Shown one piece after another: positions 38,105 through 51,149 of a DNA stretch of 64,000 nt. The notes under the pieces were generated by a model. It worked only from the letters and a program-made list of their open reading frames with translations. It ran no database searches and was not told the origin of the DNA. The position numbers and the translations under genes are program-made. The stretch is taken from the NCBI GenBank assembly GCA_964057225.1, contig OZ059896.1, positions 9,858,001 through 9,922,000 on the forward strand, read 5' to 3'. This DNA comes from Auanema rhodensis (lineage: Eukaryota > Animalia > Nematoda). The first letter of the stretch is position 1; the number at the start of each line of letters is the position of its first letter.

Positions 38105-39543
38105 TTGTAAGATAATTGTATATTTAATATTATTAATTAATATAAATTTCATGTGCATATTATGATTACTATTTGTTTTTTTAAGATCTAAAAATATAGT
38201 TTGGATTAATGACATATTCTATTTCGATAAAATCAACTGGAACATAAATCATGAAATCTTTATATACAAAAGTGTTCCAATCTCTACTTTCATCGTTTTG
38301 TTTTGTATCGATAATCCATGTGAAGTTGGTTAAATGTTTGTTAGTATGAAAATAAGTTTTCTTTGAAACTTAATTATAAAACAAATTAAAAATTTTTGAA
38401 AAATGTATTACCGAAATAAACAAATATTTACATATATTATATAGTTTATTATATATTATGTGTATGTGTTTTATCTATAAATTTATAGTTAACAAATGAA
38501 ATTAAAACTGTAACAAGTAAGTAAGTAAGCATTAGAATGAACAATCATTATCAAGTTGACTCTTATCTATAACAATCATTAATGATACATTTTCATATGT
38601 CTGAATCATCTCAATATTCTTTTTCCGATTTATTATGTGAATATAATGAATATGAAGTTTCAATTCAGTATATAATGTCATTTCATTTTATTTGAAAAAA
38701 ATTGTTCTGATTTATTCTGAACTTTATAATTTTGATCTATAAAAAAATTTCATTCATATATTAAGAACATAATGATAAGAGCCAGCAACACCCTTCATAT
38801 AAATTCCATTGAAATATTAATAAAAATTAATCACGTATACAGATATTTTATATTTCAAAAATAAATGAAAAATCACAGAAAACAAAATTTAAATTTAAAA
38901 AAAACTACAAATATGTTTTATTATGCTGCTTAAGAAAGCATAAAATGTATTAAAAAGTAATACACACAATTGCTATATTCAATCTGTTAAAGCATCTTTC
39001 TTTCACATGTGTTGCAGCTCCGCGGAACTTATTCAATTAATAAAATGATATCATGCTTTGAATACAACTATTTTAAGTACCCTACGATATAATTTTTAAC
39101 TAATGTTTTATCTGTTTGATGATATCACTTCGTAGCGTCTATGTTGATTTTTTTCATCCAATTCCCAAAACTTTGATGAAAATATTGTTTTAAACGATAC
39201 AAATTATTATTAATTTGACAAATAATCATTTATCACATTAAGTGTTTGATAAAAAAAGTAGCTTCTATGAAGGATTATAGCTAACACCACCTTAATAAGG
39301 ATATTAATACAGTAATACTACAGATTAATTTTTTCATACTGTCAGGTTAAAGCTTCATGTTCAATTCTTTCAACGCAATCTAATCAAATCCCTGTACGTA
39401 CACTGATCTATTAACTATTTCTAACAATTGCAGAAAATGGTTTAGCAAAATAAGTAGTTTTGTTATCAAATTTTGTACGCCTATATAACTATGAAACTAA
39501 TTGATACGATTCGTTCTTCCTGATAAGACCTTAGTCAAGCGCC

Positions 39544-42500
39544 ATGCAACTTAAAGTTGTGTTGGGGCTCTTAGCCATTTTACAAGGTAATCTAATTTTT
39601 TTTTCTAATAACTAAAAATTATTTATTAGTTGCTGCCTCTTATGAAGTAAAAACTTATGAAGTTCGAGGATTTTGTAATAAGGTTATATCCAATCATGTT
39701 CGAGGTATAGAACGAAATCGAGCTATTTTCTTACCCTATGAAAATATTATATATGAATCGGTATAATTATTATTTTATAAATTATCAAAAAACATAATAC
39801 TTTTCTTACAGTTAAAAAATACATTATCAGATGAAATTAATGGTTTCTTTGTTGAGAAATTCATGTTAGTTCTTTCTATAGTTCATACTCAACATGTAAT
39901 TTATTTATTTTCAGTATTCATGATCATTCTGAGCTTCAAACAGTTACATACCATGGATATATTGTTGTAAATCAAACTCGTGAAAATATTCTGAAACAAT
40001 TGGAAAACTCGAAAGAAAATGTCTTCTTTTTGCTTAGAGAAATTGAATTTGGTAAGTTAAAATTGATAAGAGCAGTTATTTATGTTAAAATATGCAATAC
40101 CTAACATTCTTCTTGGCAATTTAATTAAAATTATTTTGTCTGTTAAAAATAGCGAAGTTTGGATTTTTTTTGTAAAACTCTCAAATATTTACTTTTAATG
40201 AAAATATAATTAATAGAAATTTACAAAAGATAAAAAAGGCGTTCACCAACTTTCTTATCAAAATTAATCCGCAAAAAGATATAAAGTCAATTATTGTCAA
40301 TGTACTAGTTGGTCTGGAATAATCAAAAAACAAATATTAAACTATAATTGATTATTATAACATGATATGCTAACAATTGTAGATTCAATTCCTGTAGAAT
40401 CGGAGGAATTGCTTGGTACCAGCCAAGCTAAAGTTTCTCATTGTTATCACTCCGGTGCATTGCTTCCTAACGGCGTTTGTGTGTGTCCTAAATTCTATGC
40501 TGGAGCGGCTTGTCAAGATATTAAGTTAGCTTTTCTAGAAAAGAAATATTTATAATAATGTTTATTTAGTTGCCAACATTATGGTATTTCGGATACTGGA
40601 CGTTGTTCATGTCCCCCTGGAGTCTATGGAGTCGCATGTGAATCAAGTATTATTGTTTCTTCTTCTCATTTAAAATGAGATTCATAATTCAGAGGGATGC
40701 TTACCTGTTGTTCAGGACACTATTGACGATAACGAAAAATCTTTTATGCTAGTTATCAATCAAAATACTGCTCAAGCATATGCAATTAATCAATTTGTCA
40801 CTCAATTTTCTTCATTTCTTAATCCTAATATTACATATGTCTCATATAGATTAACTCATTATATCAAATCAGGTAATTGTTCGAAAATATTTTACAAAAA
40901 AATTTTAATTTCTTCAGATGCCTATTCGATCATTGAAACTTTTAATGTTTATAACTACACAACTTTCATTGAATACGTCTCATCTTTGAACGTTTTGCCT
41001 TTAGATAATGGTTCTATTCACCAACCTCATTTCACTGCCATCAGTCAAGCTCATTCACAGTGATTTTTCTTGTAAGGGTTAAAGCAACTTTAATAACACA
41101 TATTGCAGGCATGAGGGTCTGAGAGGATTGTCACCAATGTATGTACTTGCTAATACAGGAGCTTCAGATTATATAAATATGCACGATTCTATTGCCAGAA
41201 TGACTACGTGGAGAACAAGAGTTAGACAGATTTATAATATTTAATATGATATAATAATTTAAGATGCTTTTTATATATGTAACTAATACAGTCACAGGAG
41301 ATGACTTATCAGATGCTTCTCACGATTCTATTCGACGCTTGAGTCATGCAGTAATTGGAGATGTGTTATACATTAATAGAATGGAAATCAATACAGTGTG
41401 TATAAGAAAACTTCAATAATAATAATAATAATAACATATTCATTGATAAATCAAATTATTTAGATTATGAATGCTTTTGCTCATGAATACACTTACAACG
41501 AAGTATCAGCTGCTCGATATGGTATTAGAAACAGTGATCCCGTGGACATTACGATAGATCCAAATGAAGGATTTTTGTTATTAATTGGAGAGAGTGGATC
41601 AAGTATGTTATATACATATTTCAAATTTATTTTACAACTTTTTTTTTGTTACAAATTTGTTATTTTCAGTGAACGATGTCAAAATTGTTGATGATTCATC
41701 GAATGTTTTAAACCCAACTGTTAATGGTTCCTTCTTCTTTGTAAGTTTAAGTAAAAATTAATTTTAACTAAAAATATTTTATATTAATTTATTATTATTA
41801 TATTCAACTTATTACAGTATGCCTCACCCGCAAGTTTACAAAATGTTAAGCATATTATCGTTACCTCAACCGCTCCCTATTCATACAAAAAACTTCATTT
41901 TGATTATCGTATCACAGCATTAGTGACATTCTCATCAGATCCTGATGTTGATGTCGGCATTCAAGCAATGATGTCTGGTAATTTATTTTGTATTTGTTTT
42001 TTTCCTTGTACTTTTCTATTTAAGACATACCTAATTATGCAACTGCCTTACAACTTGGAGTTACCGGACAATCTGTGCTTTCTATATATGATCTCTCTAC
42101 CGGAGAAACAGTAACTGATTCGTTTGTTTCCACTCCACGTCCATCATGTAGTTTCAATTTATTATTTGATACATCAAACTTCAGATGCACACCTGGTGCA
42201 CTTGGGTAAAATTGGAAAAAAAACATTTTGTTTTATAACAAGCTTATTACAGAGTTCAGATAACGACACCTGTAAATGAATATAACCATATAAGAATTAT
42301 TCCATCATATTGCAATCAAATGAGTAAGTAAAAGTTTCATTTTAATTTTACACACTGAACCATTTTTCAGGTATTGCTCCACTCCCATCATTCATTTGTA
42401 GCAATGGTGGTACACTTAATTCTGATGGAACGAAATGTACTTGTACAGAACATTATACGGGAGATCATTGTGATCAGATCATTTGTCTTAATGGAGGAAC

Positions 42501-45500
42501 TGTAAACTTATTCCCGGACTCAGATAATCCCTGTGTTTGCCGACATGGCTACGGAGGACGTTATTGCGAAGATTGTTAGTTTATTTCTTAATATATTTAA
42601 AAAAAACAAATACATATTCATCTAAGTATATTCCAAACAATCATAAATCTTACTTACAGTGACATGTAACGGCCCATCCATTGAAAATACAGATTATTCC
42701 AAAAAAGCATTGGCGTTTGTTATTCAAAGTAGTATGTCTCAAGCTTCGGTATTTTTCAAATTCAATTTAAAAAGTTCAAATTGAACTTATAGATTTCATC
42801 GAAAATCAAAACAGGAATATCAACAATGCTTTTAAGTATTCCAAAAGAAGATCAATTTTCTGAATACTTATTGACTACTTTCAATAACGTATGTTTAATA
42901 TTATTTTTAATCAAAATTTCATTTTTATGAATCTTTTCAGAATACATTAGGTCACTACGATCTTAATAATAAAGCATACCAAAACCAAACAGACTTTAAA
43001 ACAGCTATCAGTGAAATTTCTTATCAGTAAAATCTTATTATATATTCATTAGAATAGAAATAAAAATAAAATACTCATAATGAATATATCTTGTTTTAGA
43101 GCTTCTGCAGCATCAACGCAAGACTCTTTATCTGCTCTGTTAACTACTGTCTTATTTTCTACTCCTCGATCTACAGTTTACTTGTTTGTTGATTCACCAG
43201 CAGAAAATGTCGCTGAACTGGAATACGTTGTGTATAATATGAAGATGTAAATTACAAATTAACAAAATATTTTTTTAAGAATGGAAACAGTAGAGCTTCA
43301 AATTCGTTTGAATATAATTGTTACTGCCCCATTTGGTATTCAGGGTTTGTGCATGTCAGCTGGAGACCGGGAAGTATTTGCTCGAATTGCTCGATTAACT
43401 GGAGGAATCATCATGAATCTATGTAATAAATATGAAGCTAATAGCCAAGATCCAATTGTGCAAGTAAGTCACCACGATCTATTGTACAAATATTGTTTGT
43501 TTTCTCTTTGAAGCTCCTTTCTACTGCTGGTTCAATGCATCATCAAATTCAAATTCTACAAGAAAAATATTCAAATTCCTGCTCTAAACGAATTGACTTC
43601 AGTCCATCTCAATATCCAGCTGAATTATACATTTACGTTAACTCTGGTAATGCTATTCAACATTCATCTTGTAAATAGATTTCTATATATATATATATAT
43701 AGATGTGACAAGCGAATTCACTGCTGAATATGCAGATAAAACTCATCCAGGAACATTTATTCCTCTTCAGCCAGTTGCTCAAATTCCATTCGTAGGATTC
43801 TATCATTTGAGTTTGCAGAACGGTACAGCTGCAGGGTATGTGTGTATATTCATGATTCAAAGAAAATGAATGTCTTAGATTTACACTAATGGTTGAACCT
43901 GTTTCTGGTGCAGCAGAGTGTTTAATCCAAATTTCTGAAGTAAGTAAGATAACAGCTACTGTAGGATTTTCTGATAATCCAAGCACTGATACACTTGGTC
44001 GTGCACAGCCATACGGTATATTTTCAGTACAATCTAGTTTAAATTAAATATATTATAGGAATTAGTGTTTCTCCAGTCGTGCATTTCAATTCTATTTTCC
44101 AAAATGAGCCTGTAGTACAGATCAAAATGTTCGATGAAATAGATAGAGATCTCTTTAGGTTAGAAGAAGATGAATCGAAAGCTAAAAAAATGTTTTTCAG
44201 TGCTCTGGGAAAAAAACGATCAGGCTGTACTTTTGAATACTTCTTTGATAATGTAGCTTGCAAGTCACCAAATACTGATACTATTTTTACTGTAAGTTAC
44301 TTGAATTTTTGAAATATATTTCAAATCTCAAATTTTAGATTAAAATTGACATAGGAGATAGAATTTTCACAAGAGTTGCTAGAGGATTCTGCTTCATAAC
44401 TGATGGCATGTGCTTGAATAATGGTGCATATGGTACAAACATGGTTTTCTTATGTCTTATAAGTCTTTGTGTATATTATAGATGATAAAACAAAAACGTG
44501 TTCATGCAAAAAACATTATGAAGGAAAATATTGTGAACTCCCAATTTGTGAAAACGGTGGAGGAGGAACAACAACAAATACATGTAGTTGCGATGGAAGC
44601 GTTACTAACAAACCGGCATATACAGGAGATTTCTGTGAATACCGTAAGCTAATTACTATGTTTTATTCATTTTATTGTTGAATTAATAGTCAATTGTCCT
44701 AAAGCCAACTACATTCAAGCTGCATTAGATAACACTATGGTCTACAAACAGGTACATATTGGAATATTATTATAAATTCTATAATATTGTTTTAGGTTAC
44801 ATTTTTGTTGGATGTGAATTCAGCACAAACTTTAACATATTTAATGTTACAATATACTGTTAAAGACTTCTTGAATAAAGCTTGGATGTTAGATAATTTT
44901 CAATATCAATTCACTTTGATAACATTCACAGATACAGGTATAATATATTATTAATATTTAGTTTATGTCAAATATTGAATTTCAGATGTTACCAATGTAA
45001 TTAGTACTACAAATCCGAAGTTATTCCTTCAAAAATTCAATAGTCTTCTTAGCAAGTACAAACAAGCTACTAACGTTGGCAAAACAGCAATGGCTGATGC
45101 TTTGTCAAATGTCAGTTAATTTACATGTCGAATGATTTTTTCAAAAAAAAACTTTTATAGGCTTACGCAATCACAATTGATCCTCCAGCAATCCTCTTTG
45201 TATTTACAGGAGATGATTCTAATTCCGGTACAGCAAAGATGAGCGAATTTGTATCGCAATCTTTTGGAACTCAAGTATATTATTATATTTTATTATATCC
45301 AATAATTAAATATTCAGACTAATATTTTCTATATTCCTACTAATTCTTCTCAAGCATATCCCAAAACGTTTCCCATGATGTCTCCTGTCAGATTCACAGG
45401 TGGCAGAAGTTTTAAGATGACACCATATGATGTTCAACCTGTAAAAATTTTTTATTTTTCATAGTTATATCAATATTTTTATTTAGCTAACAGATGTGTT

Positions 45501-47884
45501 GGTTTCAGCATTAAATGAAAATGGTTTGGTTATTGACGACGGCGAACCTGTAAGCATTTCATTCAATGTACGAGTAATTTAAATTATATATTAAGGATTG
45601 TTCAAATGGATATACTTTCCATTTTGCTGTCGACCAGGTAGCATCAGCTGTTGTTTTAACTTTTTCTGGTAAAGGAATTTTGCCAAGCAATGTAACAATA
45701 ATGGATTCAGCTAGTTAGATAATATATACAAATATAACATTCTCCCATATATTTCCAGGCTTTGATATCAGTAAAAGTTCTGGATATAAGGTTCTTTTCA
45801 ATAATGATGAGACTCTTGTAATTTCTATTGGTCAGTTATTATCAATAATCTAAAATAGTTTTCTCGTTCATCTCTTACAGCTGTTACACCTGGAGAGACT
45901 ACGGGAGGAACATGGAGTGCTAAAATCTTTGCTCCAACATATTGTACTATTCAGGTATAATTTTTGTCCAAGTTATATGATATGATAATTCTCTAAGGTT
46001 CGCGTCAATTCTCCTATTCAAATCATACCTGGTTTCACTGAAGATCCAAATGATGATTTTCCAAAAGATTATCCTTTCACACCTTATGGTTCTACTGCAA
46101 CATTATTTTGAATTATATCGTATAATTATTTAGGCAAGAACAAAGCTAGTCACGTGCTTTTCCGAGTAGCAGGCTCTCAAGGCGTGAATCAAGGCGTGGA
46201 GCTTACAGCATTAGATATCTATGCATCTGATATTTATTTTCCTTCTGCAAAGGCTGTGGAGACAAAAACGGAAAGTGTGGCCCTCGAAAAACGTTGGAAA
46301 GCATGTGCTTACGGCTTTGTCACTCCTAGCATTAATGTTTGTAAAATCGTATTTCAAACATCAGCTGATAATTTTCTTTTTCAGCACACTAGTACTGCTT
46401 ACCAAAAATTCATTGTATATGGTATAGACAATGGAGGTCATGAATTCCAAAGAACGTTCCCAATGTCATTTATGAGTAATTTTTCTTCTACCACTTTTTT
46501 TGTTTAGAAATTATCTATATAGAAACAAGTGACACAACAATCACATGTAAATATGGAACTCGTGATGACAGTGGTATGTGTACTTGTAACGAACAGCATG
46601 TTGGAGAAACTTGCATAAATCGTGTTTGTCAAAACGGTGGAATATCTTCATTCGGTATTTGCATCTGTCTTAATAGTTACTATGGGCCGTACTGTGAACA
46701 ACGTGGGTTCTTGAAAGTTTTATTCATTTAACTTATAGGTAATCTATCATTATACATTTGCTTTATAGCTTACCATCCATCGACAACTACGGCTGCTCCA
46801 ACAACCAGCACATCTACAGTCTCTACATCTACAGTCTCTACAGCTACAGTCTCTACAGCTACAGTCTCTACAGCTACAGTGTCTACAGCTGCAGTCTCTA
46901 CAGCTACAGTGTCTACAGCTGCAGTCTCTACATCTACAGTCTCTGCACCTGCTAGTCCCACTACTAAGGGAACAGTAACGGCAGTTATTACGGATGTACC
47001 ATCAGTTAAATGTGATCCATCTGCTATGAACTACTACATCTCATTTTTCACTGATGGTTCCTTCGATTCGACATCAATTGAAAATGATGTAAGTTTTTCT
47101 ATTAATTCCAACAAGCATGTTTGCATATTATTATATAGGGCCAAGAAACAGTAATAACTACATTAGCCTCTAAACTATCCCTTGGACAGCAAACAATGCA
47201 ATTTCCAACACGATTCACCTTTGGAGGTACATAATATAAGATTAATGTGTAATATTTAATATTTAATAATTCAGTAATTGCTGATAATTTTTATGGTGGT
47301 ATTGATTTAAAGATGGATAGCATGACTAAGGACATGGAAACCATTATTAACGCAATTGATGCTTATTCAACATATAATGTGCAAACGTATACTAAGTTTC
47401 CTATAGATAGTAGCTAAACGGATGATATATTCAGATCAATTGATATGTATGTGAATGATTATTTCAAAGATGACGGTAATGCAAATCCTCAATTCGCTAT
47501 TATTATACTAGATAATGCGTAAGTAATACTATAAAACCTATGTCATATAAAATCTAATTTCTAGATATGAGCTTCTACTTGATGATTTAAAGAGTTCTGT
47601 ACAGAAACTACGAGAAGTAAAATTGATTTATGTTTCTTTCTTCTATATGCATTTTCAGAAAAATATCAGGGTATTGGGAGTAGATATGGGATTACAAATG
47701 AATCGTTTTGAGGGAATTCTCGAAAATGATAATACATTTTCTGAAACTGACCCGAACAACATATCAGCCTTTATCATTGGCCGAATTTGTGCTTAGTAAG
47801 ATATTTCATCAAGCTCTTTAAAATAAATTTTTTTACAGCAGACCAATCTCCACCAATGAGCAAAAAGCTGTCAATTTCTTTTGA
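39544..47884 (+). CDS. Large secreted EGF/vWA multidomain protein, IRG-7/DRD-2-like family, with mucin-like S/T stretch
   Basis: Signal peptide MQLKVVLGLLAILQVAA. Repeated paired EGFs (CYHSG...CVCPKFYAGAAC; CSNGG...CTCTEHYTGDHC; CLNNG...CSCKKHYEGKYC; CQNGG...CICLNSYYGPYC) alternate with vWA-like blocks (ALAFVIQSSMS; VTFFVDVNS; ISFFTDGS) and VTFSSDPDVD / VGFSDNPSTD / PGFTEDPNDD repeats. About 45 short introns; those I checked are GT-AG. End is TAG 47796 unspliced or TGA 47884 if the last intron is removed. Family assignment is by architecture only. Confidence 0.85.
46813..46947 (+). repeat. Coding minisatellite, 9 x 15 bp (mucin-like STVST/ATVST/AAVST)
   Basis: Unit (T/G)CT(A/G)CAGT(C/G)TCT(A/G)CA repeated nine times within the IRG-7-like gene. 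Confidence 0.92.
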
Positions 47885-48502
47885 AACAGTCAAATATTAT
47901 AATGTATTTCTTTAACTTTGTTTTGTATGAAGGTTACAATTATTAATAAATATAATACATTTATTTAATTATTTAAGAATAGAACCATTTTTAATGTCAG
48001 CAACGAATAGCCAACAAGGCTAAGTACTGTTCGAAAGATCAATTATAATGGAAATTCCATACACATGCAAAACGTGCTAACAGTGCCCGTAAAAACAATA
48101 AAAGTCAAGAAAAAAACATGAATTTAAAGAGACAGAACGATGAAGAGCAAAGAGAAAAGTCATTATTTACAGTATTTGTATGTAGAACTACCAAATTCAT
48201 TGCTTATAGTAAAAACTACATAGCCGTAAAACCCTTCTAATGACGAAGAATGATAAACTTAAAGCTAAGCTATTTCTAGGATCAATTTTTTTTTCAGAAA
48301 AAAAATAAGATTAACAACAACGAAAACGAAGATATACAGTATTACGAATATTACTAAAAATTTCAAAATTTAGCTTAAGCTCAATTTAAAATCATTATCT
48401 AATTTTTCTTTTGTGCAGATACACATGTTGAAACTAACTAACCATATCTATATTGACAAGTCGCTTGAAAAATTATAGTTATATTAAATTATAACTCATT
48501 GT

Positions 48503-49920
48503 TTACACAGGAGGAAATTGAAAAATAGGTTGGGAAGGTACTTTAGGAGTAGACAACGGTGACCTAAAACTCTTCAATAAGATAAATAACAAAGCTTTTT
48601 ATTACCTAAAAGGACTAATAACTGCATTCATTATTGGTGAGTTTGGTCCATATATCGAAGCTGAAGCTAAGGCGAACAATTGTAACTGAAAGTAATGATT
48701 GTTTTGAAAAATATGAAAAAAAATTAATTTCTTACTTGTTGGGGCAACATAAAAGGTGACATTTGTGCCATAATGTTCAGAGGTGAAATAACAGTGTAAG
48801 GTAAAGTAGGATTAAGATACTGTGTAGCACTAAGATTTAATGGATCAGGGCGAGGCCTTCGGCTAAAACATTTTAATGGTAAATATAATAATTCACACTT
48901 TGATAACCGATACCTTTCTTTTTGAGGAGGTGGACTAGACTTCCGCTTTCTAGATTGGCTATCATCACTCTGAACCGAGCTTGGTCGAGAAGGGCCTGGT
49001 AGAGCAAGTGGAAGATGTGATGAGTTAGCGTTACTGACAGATGATGTTACGCTTGTTGGAGAACAAGAACTAAAAATCTTGTTATTAAAATAAAAACACA
49101 AAATACTATACCTTTCAGTTGGTGAAGGTGTATCATTCGTACTTCCACCAGTAACATTAAGAGAAGCTAATTGCTCAGCGGAAGAAAAACGCATAGGCGT
49201 AACTTGGTTTTCAGGTGATGAAGCTTGATTAACTTGAGGGGAGGTGCTTGGATCTGAAAGACACACATAAATTTGAACAATGTCATGAAATAACTCACCA
49301 AAAATATCATTGATGATAGGATATTCCGCTTTGATATCTTTCAATAATTGCGAGTTGGATGATACAGGAATATTTTTAATTCCTAATACTCTGGCCATGT
49401 GTTGTGATTGCGCTGCCAGGGAATTCTCAGGATAATTAACAAAGCGATACACAAACTTTTGTCCGATAACCTGATATAACTTCCAATAATAAAACGAAAA
49501 ATGATTGAAATGTTACCTTCTTGATGATATCTTTATCATAATAATATCTTAATGCTCTAGATAACTTATCGTAGTTCATTTGTGGTTTTGCTTTACGCTG
49601 ACCCCATAATCTGGCAACAGCTTCAGCATCGAGTAGCTGAACACTATATATTAAAAAATATACGGAAAATAATAATTTACCTTAAATTCTCCAGGCCGAT
49701 TAGTCCATTGGATGAGGTTTGGGTGATCACCCAATTGTAGTAGCTCTAATAAAAACTGCCAAAGCGTTATATTAGAATCACATTGTCGATCTAAAAACAA
49801 AAAATAACTTTAGTACAGAGCAAAAAAAAATACTTGAAAAATCCATGTCTATTGACTGATTTCCAGGAGAGCCGTGGTTGGCAGATAAAGCTTCCATTTC
49901 TTTTTTAGGAGACCAATCCT
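48503..49920 (-). CDS. lin-1: ETS-domain transcription factor of the ELK/TCF class (LIN-1 ortholog), from exon 2 to stop
   Basis: ETS domain [15 protein letters not shown]...[67 protein letters not shown]-site ([11 protein letters not shown]), S/T-P sites, and C-terminal FQFP ERK-docking motif (48523-48512) before TAA. Confidence 0.92.
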
Positions 49921-51124
49921 CTGAAAATAAATATAATTAACGAAAGTCTCTAATGATACAAGATTTTAAATATTTATCCATGCATATATAATAAAATCTT
50001 TTTAAAAAACTGTCGGAATGGTAATTTAATGATTTGAGAACAAAAAATAAGAACGGTAGGCTATCGATTGATGAATGTTAGGTGGAGAAAACTCGTTTAT
50101 GGGAGGTGGTAGGGGTTGTACAGATGAAGACATCATGCATTACACTAAAAAAGACAATCATGTGATTTGATAAGTTAACAAAAGTCAATGCGAGAATGTT
50201 AAGCAAGCTAGCTGAAGAAAGTAAATTGTAATCAAATATTCCAAGAATTCAATTCAAAATTTTCCGAAGTGACCGTAAATATTCCCACAGGATGACCTTT
50301 CTACGAATCCTGAACATGCCCAGAGGTTATGCTGATTAAACTTTCATTTTACCGACAGTAAACGTATTCTGCTCATTCAGGACTGTATTACATTCCCAAA
50401 AAAGCAAAAAATAAAAAATTCAATTAAAAAATAAGATGTGCTTAATATTGATTGATATTCGTCGAAGAGCGGAAATACTGTCTTATCAAGACAACACCAT
50501 TAAGGGGTGGACCGGAACACGATAACAGACATGACCCGAACAAGGAGATATGATACTAATCAATATACATATATATAATTTATATATTTATATACATATA
50601 TTATAACGAAAAGTTCTCTAAATACAGAAAATATGATGTATTTAGAAGAAAAACGACAATGGAAAAGATAAGCTATCTTTTAGCAATCACTGGAATTGTG
50701 TATACAGAATCGCGCTCAAAAGGATCGAAAACCGCACAAGGAAGTATATGGTGATTAGAGAGACAAGTAAGGAAAAGAGAAAATGAAATTTGATATCCTG
50801 TTAATTTCCCAGAATCGTGAGTACAGGAGAATGCAAACAAATAGGTGTGAAGTTTGTTAAGCAGTTTAAATTAACTAAGAAGTCAGAATCTAACGACAGA
50901 GAATTGAAGATCCATGTCAAAATAAAATCAATTGAAAATGAAATTTTAAAGTTAGATCTTAGGAACTTATATCTTCACGATATTCATAGTAAATATCAGA
51001 GAACAACGCTTAAAATAAGATTAATTATTCTACCCCTTCGTTGGCAATAGATAGCAAGCAGGAAAAAGTTCATAAAAGGAATTTTTGTAAAAAACGTGCG
51101 CCTTGAATTAAAAAACTTACATAC

Positions 51125-51149
51125 CTTTTAATAAATCACAAATGTTCAT
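51125..51149 (-). CDS. lin-1: Candidate first coding exon of the lin-1-like gene (MNICDLLK)
   Basis: ATG AAC ATT TGT GAT TTA TTA AAA G|gtatgt. The strong phase-1 donor joins ttttcag|AG GAT TGG at 49920 in frame ([16 protein letters not shown]). Confidence 0.5.

Noticed and set aside
39336-39353. ATACTGTCAGGTTAAAGC resembles miR-8/miR-236
   Set aside because: The 5' end and seed differ, and no complementary hairpin arm is visible.
46758-46961. Alternative-frame and antisense repeat ORFs (YSLYS..., VETVAV...)
   Set aside because: Shadows of the 15-bp coding minisatellite.
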